Positions 17,408-25,323 of a stretch of DNA of 25,842 nt are shown piece by piece. Where the stretch lies: positions 1-25,842 of the IMG/VR virus record IMGVR_UViG_3300040985_002232, one strand, 5' to 3'. The translations under genes and the position numbers were made by a program. Position 1 is the first letter of the stretch; the number at the start of each line of letters is the position of its first letter. The stretch comes from a virus (lineage: Duplodnaviria > Caudoviricetes). The notes under the pieces were generated by a model. That model ran no database searches and was not told the DNA's origin. It saw only the letters and a list, made by a program, of their open reading frames with translations.

Positions 17408-17791
17408 TTATTCTTCCTCGTTAGGTCGCCAGCCGCTTGTCCATCTTTCTTCACGCCCTTCGATATACTGTATATAACATCCGAAGCAAGCTTCAAATTT
17501 ATTCATATACAAATCATCGCGGCAACGAAAAGAATATTTGCTGCAAACAGGACAAGTCCTATTATGATCTCTAGTAAGTAGTTTTTTGTTTATTAAAAAT
17601 CCGTCTTGTTCTACTTTGTCTTGGGATTCAGCCAGTTTGGCAAACTTACGTTGCTCCTCTTGCGACTGGCTTATGTATTCCTTTTCCTTGTCTTCGCTCC
17701 AGAAACGCTTGGGGTTGTTGATTGTGGTGTCCCCATACTTCTGTGAGATTGCCTGCTCAAGTTTGGCGATATATTCTTGCTTGTCGCTCAC
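17408..17791 (-). CDS. Hypothetical protein with C4 zinc finger (127 aa)
   Basis: CPVC-x14-CFGC; GTG start overlapping the upstream stop (GTGA). Confidence 0.75.
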   Translation of the reverse strand: MSDKQEYIAKLEQAISQKYGDTTINNPKRFWSEDKEKEYISQSQEEQRKFAKLAESQDKVEQDGFLINKKLLTRDHNRTCPVCSKYSFRCRDDLYMNKFEACFGCYIQYIEGREERWTSGWRPNEEE

Positions 17792-18255
17792 TGTGTAACT
17801 ATCTCCGTTGATAATGCAAAGATGCCAAGCGAGGTAAGGGTTCCGATTCCGAAGCCGAGGGCTACCATAAAGGGTGCTGTTCCCGGCTTGTTCTTAGTTA
17901 CCAGATCATATAGCCTATCGTTTTCAGCAGTCTTGAGGATCATCATTGCCTCGTATTTGTCTTTCCAAGAGAGCAGTTCTATATCTTTATACGAAAGTAA
18001 AAGTTCATATTTTTCCTGCTGGAGCTTTAACTCGTACTCGACCCGAAGAGAACATTCAGCTTCGGCAAATGTTTTATCAGTGAGGATTTTTGCAGCAGCG
18101 TCGAGGGACAATAAAACTCCCTCAAACGGTACAGTATCTCCAGCCTCAACAGGAAGAACTGTGTAATCTGGAAATGTTTCCGATTCTTCGGCGAGGACTA
18201 TTACAGGGGTGCTTAAAAATACTGCTAAATATATTGATAATAGCTTCTTAACCAT
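17788..18255 (-). CDS. Exported coiled-coil protein with C-terminal TM helix (155 aa); possible spanin-like component
   Basis: Signal peptide MVKK-hydrophobic-VLA/EE, central coiled coil, C-terminal hydrophobic helix. No lipobox Cys. Confidence 0.5.
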   Translation of the reverse strand: MVKKLLSIYLAVFLSTPVIVLAEESETFPDYTVLPVEAGDTVPFEGVLLSLDAAAKILTDKTFAEAECSLRVEYELKLQQEKYELLLSYKDIELLSWKDKYEAMMILKTAENDRLYDLVTKNKPGTAPFMVALGFGIGTLTSLGIFALSTEIVTQ

Positions 18256-18667
18256 TTTTCATTCCAAACGCTTCAGCCAACTCTCTGGCAAGCTTCTCTG
18301 GATCATTATAACTCTCATCAACGATTCTTTTAAGTTCTGCCTCTTTTTCTTTATCCATATCAATGCCGCGGTTTTTAAAGTCCTCTTCTATTTCTGTTCT
18401 TCGGCGCTGATGTTCTTTCAGTCTCTCATTCTTTTCAGAGATTTCTGTATTGTGAATGTGCGCTAGCGTTTCCATTTCTTGGTCGTGAGAATCTCGACGG
18501 GCGTCCATAAGGTCTAGGAGCCCAGCAACATAAGCACCATTGCGTGTGAGCGCGTATAAGAGAAATGCTACAACGATGCCCAAGCCCAGGACGATTACCC
18601 ACCAGCACTTCTTAGCCCACAGATAGGCTTTCTTGGCTCCCGTTTTCAATCTTATTAGCGTTATCAT
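18248..18667 (-). CDS. N-terminally anchored coiled-coil membrane protein (139 aa); i-spanin-like topology
   Basis: Basic N-terminus, one TM helix (WWVIVLGLGIVVAFLLYAL), charged helical remainder. Confidence 0.5.
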   Translation of the reverse strand: MITLIRLKTGAKKAYLWAKKCWWVIVLGLGIVVAFLLYALTRNGAYVAGLLDLMDARRDSHDQEMETLAHIHNTEISEKNERLKEHQRRRTEIEEDFKNRGIDMDKEKEAELKRIVDESYNDPEKLARELAEAFGMKNG

Positions 18668-18849
18668 TTATACCCCTTTAGCTTGGCTACTGCATCGATG
18701 ACAGTCTGTCCACCAATATAAACGCAGGTGATAATAACCCAGTCGCCAGATGCTAAATCGGAAAACATTAAAAGGCTTGTTGCAGTCGCCCAAGCCAATA
18801 GTTTTCTAGATATTAACTTCTGTAATCCTTTATCTACTATGTGTCTCAT
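18664..18849 (-). CDS. Small two-TM protein (61 aa), holin-like
   Basis: SRKLL followed by two hydrophobic segments and a basic C-terminus; GAGGT SD; first gene of the operon leading to terminase. Confidence 0.5.
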   Translation of the reverse strand: MRHIVDKGLQKLISRKLLAWATATSLLMFSDLASGDWVIITCVYIGGQTVIDAVAKLKGYK

Positions 18850-18867
18850 ATTTACGTACCTCGCACA

Positions 18868-18875
18868 CTAATTAG
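18868..18875. promoter_or_regulatory. Palindromic motif variant CTAATTAG between divergent genes
   Basis: Centre of a 41-nt divergent gap, 18 nt from ATG 18849 (-) and 15 nt from ATG 18891 (+); 6/8 match to CTATTTAT in both directions. Confidence 0.45.
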
Positions 18876-18890
18876 AATCAGGAGCGCGCT

Positions 18891-19610
18891 ATGTCGAAAC
18901 AAGTTAAACTTAAGTTTAAAAAATCGTTGAAGAAAGCGGAGTTTGTTCATGCCGACCTTGAGTACCATGAAGAGTTGATCTCCGACGCCAAGAGAGAGTT
19001 CTTCGCCAAAGTTGAGGAGATTTTCAGTGGGCTCTGCGATGAAGATAAGAAGATGATCAACGACGCCAAAAGGAAAAAGATGGCTGCGCAGGCGAAGCGG
19101 GAGGAAGTCAAGAGGACAGAAAGCGATTCAGAGGAGGAGATCGGTGGTGTTCCGGAAAACGAAGAGATGCTATCGACCGAAGAAGAATCTGAGCATTCGG
19201 AAGGTGATGAGGAGGAAGAGTCTGGTCCGACCTCTATAAAATCTTCTGATTTAAGAAAGCTCTTCCACGATATTGCTGACCTCTGCCATCCTGATAAAAC
19301 CGAGGCGCGGGGCTTATCTGTACGTGAAATTAAGAAGTTAGAAAAAGTATTTAAGGAAGCACAGTCTGCGTATAAGAATGGCAACTGGTACCTTCTATAT
19401 GTCATTGCGCTCGACCTAGGTATAGAGGTCAAGGATCCTACAAGGGATCATATCGAGTGGGTTGAGGAAGACATCAAGTATACACTAGAGAAGATCTCTC
19501 AGATTGGAACCCTTGTTGTGTGGGTATGGTTTAACGGGGATGGACTTACAAGACTTATGGCTATGCAAAACTATTTTCAACAATCGTTCGGGTATGATCT
19601 ACGTATCTAG
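18891..19610 (+). CDS. J-domain (DnaJ-like) protein (239 aa)
   Basis: AGGAG SD; DLRKLFHDIADLCHPDK...FKEAQSAY gives helix II-HPD-helix III of a J-domain, preceded by a coiled coil and acidic linker. Confidence 0.75.
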   Translation: MSKQVKLKFKKSLKKAEFVHADLEYHEELISDAKREFFAKVEEIFSGLCDEDKKMINDAKRKKMAAQAKREEVKRTESDSEEEIGGVPENEEMLSTEEESEHSEGDEEEESGPTSIKSSDLRKLFHDIADLCHPDKTEARGLSVREIKKLEKVFKEAQSAYKNGNWYLLYVIALDLGIEVKDPTRDHIEWVEEDIKYTLEKISQIGTLVVWVWFNGDGLTRLMAMQNYFQQSFGYDLRI

Positions 19611-22600
19611 TCATTGATTTATGCTAGCGAAGCCTCTAGTTTTATCAATTGTTATCTCGGTATCAACTATATCCTTCAGAGAGTCAACGTGAGAAATTAA
19701 GATCACCGTCTTGAAATACATCTTGATCACCTGTAGCATCCGGATAAACCCTTCCATATTCTCAGCATCGAGGGCGGTCCCCGGTTCGTCAAGAATAAAA
19801 ATATTACCCTTTGGTAGCGATGATATAGAAAGTAGTGCAAGCCGTACTCCCATGGCGCTAATAGTCTTTTCGGCGCCTGAGCCCATCTCAATCGGGCGGG
19901 GTTCGTGTTTGGGGTGCTTAAGTAAAACATCCAGCTTGCGGCCGTCTTCTTGGAAATACACTTCAAAGTCGACTATGTTTGATAAAATCTTGGCAATCTC
20001 CTCATTGATTACCGGGAGGCGCTTCTTGATGATATCATACGCGATACCATTAGAATGCATGCAACGCATGAACAAATCATAAGCGGCGTATTCAGTTTCG
20101 ATTTCTTCCTGGGCTAACTTCCGTGCGAGCAAATCTTCAACCTTTTGTTCAAGCGAACCAATCTGTCGATGATGCTGGTTGATTGTCTTTTCTAATAAAG
20201 TAATTGAGTCTCTCTTCTGCTCTATTCTGGCGACGGCGTGATCGCGAGTTGCAAGTAGGTTCTCAATATTCTGAATCAGTTCCTTCTTCTCCTCATAGAG
20301 ATCAATCTTTTCTAGGACTGTCTTCAAAAGTCCCCTATTTGTCCTAGTCTTAGCGTACAAAACCTCAATGGAGACCTTGTTGTCTCGCTTTTCAATTTCG
20401 ATATTGTTCTTCTTTATGATTGTTTTGTTATAGCGATCAATAATTTCTATCATTTCAGCCGAGTCGACAGAGACGATTTTTGCCTTGTGGTTTTTAGCAT
20501 CATCTATCTCACTGACAATCTCTATCTTCAGGGATGGAAGTTCCTTCTGGGCCACATGCGCATCTCTGATAAATCGACAAGTGGGGAACGAGTCTCCACA
20601 GGGAACCTCATTTAGAAGTTCTAGTTTTTTGCTCAAGGACTTGTAATTGTTATCCATCAGGCGAGCGCGCGCAACAGTTTGGTCGTATTTGTCTTTGAAT
20701 TCGTCGTACTCTCTCTTCTTCGATAAAAGCTCTTCGATATCTATGGTTGTCAAGAAATCATCGTATTCTTTTAGTTGCGCGTTGAAGTCCAGATTCTCCT
20801 GCTTAAGTTCTGTAATGTTAATCAAGGTGCTATCGATTTTCTCTTCAAGAGAGGTTCTGGACTCAAGGAGTCTTTTGATATCCAGCCGCTCGTCTGGTAG
20901 AGAATCGATCTGTGTTGTGAGGTTAGCAGACTCTAGTTCAAGTTCTACCAGTTCTTGCCTTAATCCATCACACTTAGTTTTCTCTGATCCTAGATCACTG
21001 GCAGCCTCTGAAAGCTGCACTTCTGCGACAGCGATGTCTATCTTATAATCTACATCCCCTAGTCGCCGAATGAGAGCTTTGAGGTCAGCGCCATCTTCTT
21101 TTGCTAGATTAAACTTTTTCTCAAAAATGTCTAGATCTAGGAACTTAGCAAGAATCTCTTTACGTCTGGTCGAGCCTTCCTTAATGAAAGATAAACTATC
21201 GAGTTGACTGGACATTGAGGTGAGAAGGAAATCCTCTATTGTGCCGAATCGCTTTCGGATATAGGCATCTGTTTCATTCCGGGTCGTACCGTTCATGCTT
21301 CTTGTTTCGCCCAAAATCAGATCGGAGCCCTTAAAATCCAAGAAGGTTCGAGCTTCATTCGTAACTTCGCCCTTTAGCTTTTTCACGTATTTCTCTGATG
21401 TTCTTTCAATGGTATAGGTTCTGTCGCCGACTTGAAGCTCTACGAGTCCGCGGCAGTTCTCCTTATACTGGTTAATGATGTTGTAGTTCTTACGCTCATT
21501 CTTCGATGTTGTGTTGAACATCGTATAGAGAAGCCCGTCAATAACACTAGATTTTCCTGAGTAGTTCTTGCCGAAAATGCCAACGATACCATTGAGGTTC
21601 GTGAAGTCTAATGTGTTTCCCTCGCCATAGTTGAATAGGTTGTCCCACTCAAACCGGTTAATATTCCAGTTAATGTTGCGAGCGACCTCTTCAGTTTCCT
21701 CAATCTTTGAGTTATACTTACGATTCAATTCAAAAACCCTATCAAGCATTTCTTCATCAGGCTCATAATCTACTAGATATTCACGGATAAGATCTTCCTG
21801 TACTCCCTTGTCACGAAGGTTTTCAACCTTAAAACCAGCGCCGATGTCAACCGTGCCTGTCTTGCCGGAGGCACGATTTAAGAAAGTGATGCTCTCAGGT
21901 TTGAAACGGTGCTTGGCCACTCCCACCGCTTTACGCATGACATCAAGAGGTAGGTTGTTGTTGCTCACAAGGCGCAGGCGCGCCCCAGCGGGAATCCGAG
22001 TGCCCTTCGGCATTCGCCCCTTTGGTGTGAGTTCAATCGTCACAAATGGCTTGGGGTTACGTAGGATATGATGTTTTACACTGAAGGTGTTCTTATCCTC
22101 GATCTCCCAGATCAAGAAGCCCTTGTCGTTGGTCTCGCCGTGATTCTGCTGAACGGTGCTGCCGCAATACCTCACGCGCCCTTCGGTGTCGAGGATCTGA
22201 TTTGTCTTATGAATGTCGCCAAGCATAGCGTAGTCGTGACCAGCAAAGACACCAATGTCATGATCCCCGTGATCCATCACCCAGCCAGTGTCAGTCTTGA
22301 CGCCAGATACGGCGCCGTGATAAAGTGCGATGTTGATGCGCTCCGGGTCACTAGGAGCAACCCAGTTATCTTCGTCAAATACAGATAATACATTGAGCGC
22401 GAGATCCGGCTCTACGACGGTCTCGCCGGCATTCTTGAGCAGATGTAGGTCGGGTAGGTCCAGAGCCTTCACAATGGGCGACAGGGCGTCCTGGCGCGTA
22501 CTATTCTTTAGGTTGCCGTCGTGGTTTCCGCACAGGATGTACGTAGGGGCAATCGCCTCAAGGCTTCTGAAGAAATCTGAACACATTTCTACGAACTCCG

Positions 22601-22763
22601 GAGAGATTTGTGTCTTTGTGTGGGCGATGTCGCCACAGTGTACGATGTAGTCTACGTTTTCTTTTCGTAGTGTTTCGTATAATTGCTCGAAAACAATCTT
22701 ATACTCGTAATGAAACTTTAAATTTTTTATATGCGTGTCCGCAATATGCGCGATCTTATACAC
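19611..22763 (-). CDS. Fused SbcD/Mre11 nuclease - SbcC/Rad50 ATPase (T4 gp47-gp46-like), 1050 aa
   Basis: Phosphoesterase motifs IADTH, CGD, GNHD, LYHG, GDIH, YCGS; then Walker A GKNYSGKS, long coiled coil with central Cys pair, signature GSGAEK, Walker B/D-loop ILDEPGTALD, H-loop ISH; one uninterrupted frame. Confidence 0.92.
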   Translation of the reverse strand: MYKIAHIADTHIKNLKFHYEYKIVFEQLYETLRKENVDYIVHCGDIAHTKTQISPEFVEMCSDFFRSLEAIAPTYILCGNHDGNLKNSTRQDALSPIVKALDLPDLHLLKNAGETVVEPDLALNVLSVFDEDNWVAPSDPERINIALYHGAVSGVKTDTGWVMDHGDHDIGVFAGHDYAMLGDIHKTNQILDTEGRVRYCGSTVQQNHGETNDKGFLIWEIEDKNTFSVKHHILRNPKPFVTIELTPKGRMPKGTRIPAGARLRLVSNNNLPLDVMRKAVGVAKHRFKPESITFLNRASGKTGTVDIGAGFKVENLRDKGVQEDLIREYLVDYEPDEEMLDRVFELNRKYNSKIEETEEVARNINWNINRFEWDNLFNYGEGNTLDFTNLNGIVGIFGKNYSGKSSVIDGLLYTMFNTTSKNERKNYNIINQYKENCRGLVELQVGDRTYTIERTSEKYVKKLKGEVTNEARTFLDFKGSDLILGETRSMNGTTRNETDAYIRKRFGTIEDFLLTSMSSQLDSLSFIKEGSTRRKEILAKFLDLDIFEKKFNLAKEDGADLKALIRRLGDVDYKIDIAVAEVQLSEAASDLGSEKTKCDGLRQELVELELESANLTTQIDSLPDERLDIKRLLESRTSLEEKIDSTLINITELKQENLDFNAQLKEYDDFLTTIDIEELLSKKREYDEFKDKYDQTVARARLMDNNYKSLSKKLELLNEVPCGDSFPTCRFIRDAHVAQKELPSLKIEIVSEIDDAKNHKAKIVSVDSAEMIEIIDRYNKTIIKKNNIEIEKRDNKVSIEVLYAKTRTNRGLLKTVLEKIDLYEEKKELIQNIENLLATRDHAVARIEQKRDSITLLEKTINQHHRQIGSLEQKVEDLLARKLAQEEIETEYAAYDLFMRCMHSNGIAYDIIKKRLPVINEEIAKILSNIVDFEVYFQEDGRKLDVLLKHPKHEPRPIEMGSGAEKTISAMGVRLALLSISSLPKGNIFILDEPGTALDAENMEGFIRMLQVIKMYFKTVILISHVDSLKDIVDTEITIDKTRGFASINQ

Positions 22764-22789
22764 GTAGTTATCCCCTAAGCTATGATACT

Positions 22790-22817
22790 AGTATACAGGA
22801 TGGGTAGGTGGTGTCAA
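22790..22817 (-). promoter_or_regulatory. Sigma70-type promoter (early/middle)
   Basis: TTGACA (22812-22817) - 16 nt - TATACT (22790-22795), AT-rich upstream, 26 nt before the GTG start of the SbcDC fusion. Confidence 0.7.
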
Positions 22818-22832
22818 GGATTATTTTGACTT

Positions 22833-23099
22833 TTATGGTCCCAAAAGATATCGTTCTATTCTTCCCAGTAGAAGGTCAAAATCGCTTCGGATATGATCCA
22901 TCATCTCCTGAGGGTCTTCCCCGGCACTCAGAAACGGGTCCAAAAGGTTTTTAACATTTCTGTGAGTACTCATGGTCGCGATGTCCTGACCCTTCATTAT
23001 TGTCGTAGTTACCACGTGCTGCGCGGGAGCACCGGAAATCATGCTCTCTGATACTTCTTCCTTGATAATCTGTCGTAGTTTTGCTTTTGAGATCTTCAT
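22833..23099 (-). CDS. Leader-family protein (88 aa)
   Basis: Start re-assigned to MKISKAKLRQIIKEEVSE, 1 nt after the upstream stop. Confidence 0.8.
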   Translation of the reverse strand: MKISKAKLRQIIKEEVSESMISGAPAQHVVTTTIMKGQDIATMSTHRNVKNLLDPFLSAGEDPQEMMDHIRSDFDLLLGRIERYLLGP

Positions 23100-23100
23100 T

Positions 23101-23700
23101 TTATAATTCCTTGTCGAGCGCTGCCATAACAACGCTGACATTCCTGCGCTGATGTTGCGAGAGACTACTGACAACCTTGCTCAGCGCTGACAGTCCTCGG
23201 GACGGGGAGCGCTCTAGCCTCGCAACAACGGGCCAAAAGAGGCCACGCTGGACCGATGCTGCGGGGAGTCCTGCTTTCACGAGATCCTCTGTTGAAACTC
23301 CGAAACCTTCTTCCAGTCCTAGTCCGCGCTCTTCTTGCAAGGTGTCCTCTTCATCTGGAAGAACCGGGGATGACCATTGTCCGCCGACCGGGGGAGTGGA
23401 GTCAGTGGCAGACGCTGCGGCGCCTTGCATGATATTTTGGAGTCCAACTTCGTCGTAGAGATCTCCCAAAGTGATTGCTGCTACGGATTCCATATCAATG
23501 AGTGGTAGGTCACTCCGGGATTGGGCCATAGTTGCCAGTGTAATACTTGCTGCATCCTGGGGATTGTCGGGGTCGACCACTTCCATCGCATCCTGCGCTA
23601 GGGCTGGGAGGAGGGGTTTTAACTTGTCCCAGATGGGATCATCCTCAAGCGGCTTCTGCTCGTTCAAAAATCTCTTCCAGTTTTCCATTATAAGTTTCAT
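23101..23700 (-). CDS. Leader-family protein, MKLIMENW type (199 aa)
   Basis: Start re-assigned to MKLIMENWKRFLNE (GGAG upstream, 1 nt after the upstream stop). Confidence 0.8.
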   Translation of the reverse strand: MKLIMENWKRFLNEQKPLEDDPIWDKLKPLLPALAQDAMEVVDPDNPQDAASITLATMAQSRSDLPLIDMESVAAITLGDLYDEVGLQNIMQGAAASATDSTPPVGGQWSSPVLPDEEDTLQEERGLGLEEGFGVSTEDLVKAGLPAASVQRGLFWPVVARLERSPSRGLSALSKVVSSLSQHQRRNVSVVMAALDKEL

Positions 23701-23701
23701 T

Positions 23702-23989
23702 TTACTGCTCCGCTCGGGGGAACAGATTGGCTTTCTCAACTGCGGCGAGGATCTTTTCCCAGAGAGATGGATCTTTCGGGTCTATCCCTAGTGCTTCGGC
23801 CGCGGCAAGCCTGCCCTTCTCGTTCTCTGCTTCTAGATCGTACTCTCCAAAGGGTTCGCCTTCGTATGTGGGCAACTCAGGTTCGAAGTCATCGTCGGTT
23901 AGCGCTGGCATTGTCATGTCTGTTCGCTTCCCTTCGCGGGAAAGCTCTTCTCTAATAATTTCTTTTAGTCTTTGTTTGGTGATTTTCAT
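23702..23989 (-). CDS. Leader-family protein (95 aa)
   Basis: Start re-assigned to MKITKQRLKEIIREELSRE (GAGGG upstream); acidic cargo. Confidence 0.8.
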   Translation of the reverse strand: MKITKQRLKEIIREELSREGKRTDMTMPALTDDDFEPELPTYEGEPFGEYDLEAENEKGRLAAAEALGIDPKDPSLWEKILAAVEKANLFPRAEQ

Positions 23990-23993
23990 TGTT

Positions 23994-24359
23994 CTATTCG
24001 TTCCCTCGGCGCGCCATGTTCCGAAGTGATCTTTCGTAACCGGCGCGGCCTTCATCCGGAAGTACCAGGGCTTCGGCATCGTCGACGACTGGGTCCTCGG
24101 TGTCCGGCTGTTGGGGCAGCAGCAGTTCTAACGCGGTGACCATTTGCTGCATAGCCTTGTCGGCGCCGGTGCCTTCGGGGGTTGATGTGGCAGTCGTGAT
24201 AGCGGCCCGGACTGATGCAACGAACTCTTCGCTAGCGCCCAAGGAAGTGGCTACTTGCTGCAGCCTCACGTGCGGAGGAATGCCGGCTTCGTCGCTTTCG
24301 CCTAGCCCGCTTAGTTCTTCTTTAATAATCTCTTTAAGTCTTGTTTTGCTTATTTTCAT
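23994..24359 (-). CDS. Leader-family protein (121 aa)
   Basis: MKISKTRLKEIIKEELSGLGE; ATGA overlap with the upstream stop. Confidence 0.8.
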   Translation of the reverse strand: MKISKTRLKEIIKEELSGLGESDEAGIPPHVRLQQVATSLGASEEFVASVRAAITTATSTPEGTGADKAMQQMVTALELLLPQQPDTEDPVVDDAEALVLPDEGRAGYERSLRNMARRGNE

Positions 24360-24619
24360 CTGATTTTCACTCCATTGAACCTCAGGGCGTCATGTATTGC
24401 GTCATTAATATCGGTTTCATCCATCTTGTTTTCTACTGCATTACCGACCCAGACTTTGACCGCATCGCGTAATTCTTCATACCCGGGTGGGAGGGGAAGG
24501 CTCTCGTCGTTATTCTCTAAATCGCTCTGATCGACATTTCCCAAAGCACTCATTCGGACCCCTGCCTCCGAAAGCTCTTCCTTGATAATCTCTTTAAGTC
24601 TTTGTTTGGTGATTTTCAT
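24356..24619 (-). CDS. Leader-family protein (87 aa)
   Basis: Start re-assigned to MKITKQRLKEIIKEELSE, 2 nt after the upstream stop. Confidence 0.8.
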   Translation of the reverse strand: MKITKQRLKEIIKEELSEAGVRMSALGNVDQSDLENNDESLPLPPGYEELRDAVKVWVGNAVENKMDETDINDAIHDALRFNGVKIR

Positions 24620-24621
24620 TG

Positions 24622-24948
24622 TTATTCTCGGTGAAAGAGGAATGCAACCCATTCCTCGGGAGTGTGGTGCGCAACATTCCAGGGATTTTCGTTAATTTCA
24701 TCCTTAAGATGCCTCGTGGCGCGCTCCCAACCGTACTTAATCATCTTAGGAAGAAGTAGTTCGGCGGCTTCGAGGGCTTCGTCTTCCTCTGGATGTTCTT
24801 CGGAGAATAGGTGCTCTTGGTAAATTGTCGCGGCCAAGTCCTCGACTCGGGGATCAGTATTCCCGGTTGGGCCATCGGAGGTCTCACCGAGGGTCCTCGA
24901 AAGCTCTTCCTTGATAATCTCTTTAAGTCTTAGTTTGGTGATTTTCAT
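24622..24948 (-). CDS. Leader-family protein (108 aa)
   Basis: MKITKLRLKEIIKEELSRTLGE; ATGA overlap with the upstream stop. Confidence 0.8.
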   Translation of the reverse strand: MKITKLRLKEIIKEELSRTLGETSDGPTGNTDPRVEDLAATIYQEHLFSEEHPEEDEALEAAELLLPKMIKYGWERATRHLKDEINENPWNVAHHTPEEWVAFLFHRE

Positions 24949-25202
24949 ACTGGGAGTCCTGTCTTCTTCGCCAAGAACTTGTGTCCCGCTTGGAGGAACT
25001 GCTGGAGAATTTCCTCGGGCAAGCCGGCTATTCTCTCCATAAACGCAGGAATGCCGCCAGCGGCCGAGCCGGGCTGGACTGTTTCAATCCGGGTATAGGT
25101 CTGTTTAATGGCGTCAAGAAGTTCCTCTCGTGAGTTTTCTTTCAAAACACTCGAAAGCTCTTCCTTGATAATCTCTTTAAGTCTTGTTTTACTTATCTTC
25201 AT
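24945..25202 (-). CDS. Leader-family protein (85 aa)
   Basis: MKISKTRLKEIIKEELSSVLKE. Confidence 0.8.
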   Translation of the reverse strand: MKISKTRLKEIIKEELSSVLKENSREELLDAIKQTYTRIETVQPGSAAGGIPAFMERIAGLPEEILQQFLQAGHKFLAKKTGLPV

Positions 25203-25320
25203 TTGGCTTCTTCCTTTTTCCGAACGTATCTTTAGCTTCTCGAATGAGTTGTCGTTTCCACACTTCTTGCTGGATCAGCGATTTGAACTCGGCTAGTAGA
25301 TGTGAGTAATTCTCTTTCAT
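25189..25320 (-). CDS. 43-aa ORF heading the array
   Basis: Not in the track. MKENYSHLLAEFKSLIQQEVWKRQLIREAKDTFGKRKKPNEDK*; fills the gap between primase and the first leader gene; contains degenerate leader-like FKSLIQQE and RQLIRE. Confidence 0.5.
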   Translation of the reverse strand: MKENYSHLLAEFKSLIQQEVWKRQLIREAKDTFGKRKKPNEDK

Positions 25321-25323
25321 TCT

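Larger units (their letters stand above)
23049..25202 (-). repeat. Dispersed ~51-bp gene-start repeat (6 copies)
   Basis: Copies at 25152-25202, 24898-24948, 24569-24619, 24309-24359, 23939-23989 and 23049-23099. The first three share an identical 34-mer AAGACTTAAAGAGATTATCAAGGAAGAGCTTTCG; the second and third differ at 1 of 51 nt. Confidence 0.92.

Noticed and set aside
22833-24652. Extended starts in the track (23174, 23739, 24079, 24652)
   Set aside because: They overlap upstream genes; the internal leader ATGs lie 1-4 nt after upstream stops and match the family.
23049-25202. CRISPR array or integron attC interpretation of the periodic repeats
   Set aside because: Repeats are protein-coding gene starts, non-palindromic, spaced 250-900 nt apart; no cas or integrase gene in the window.
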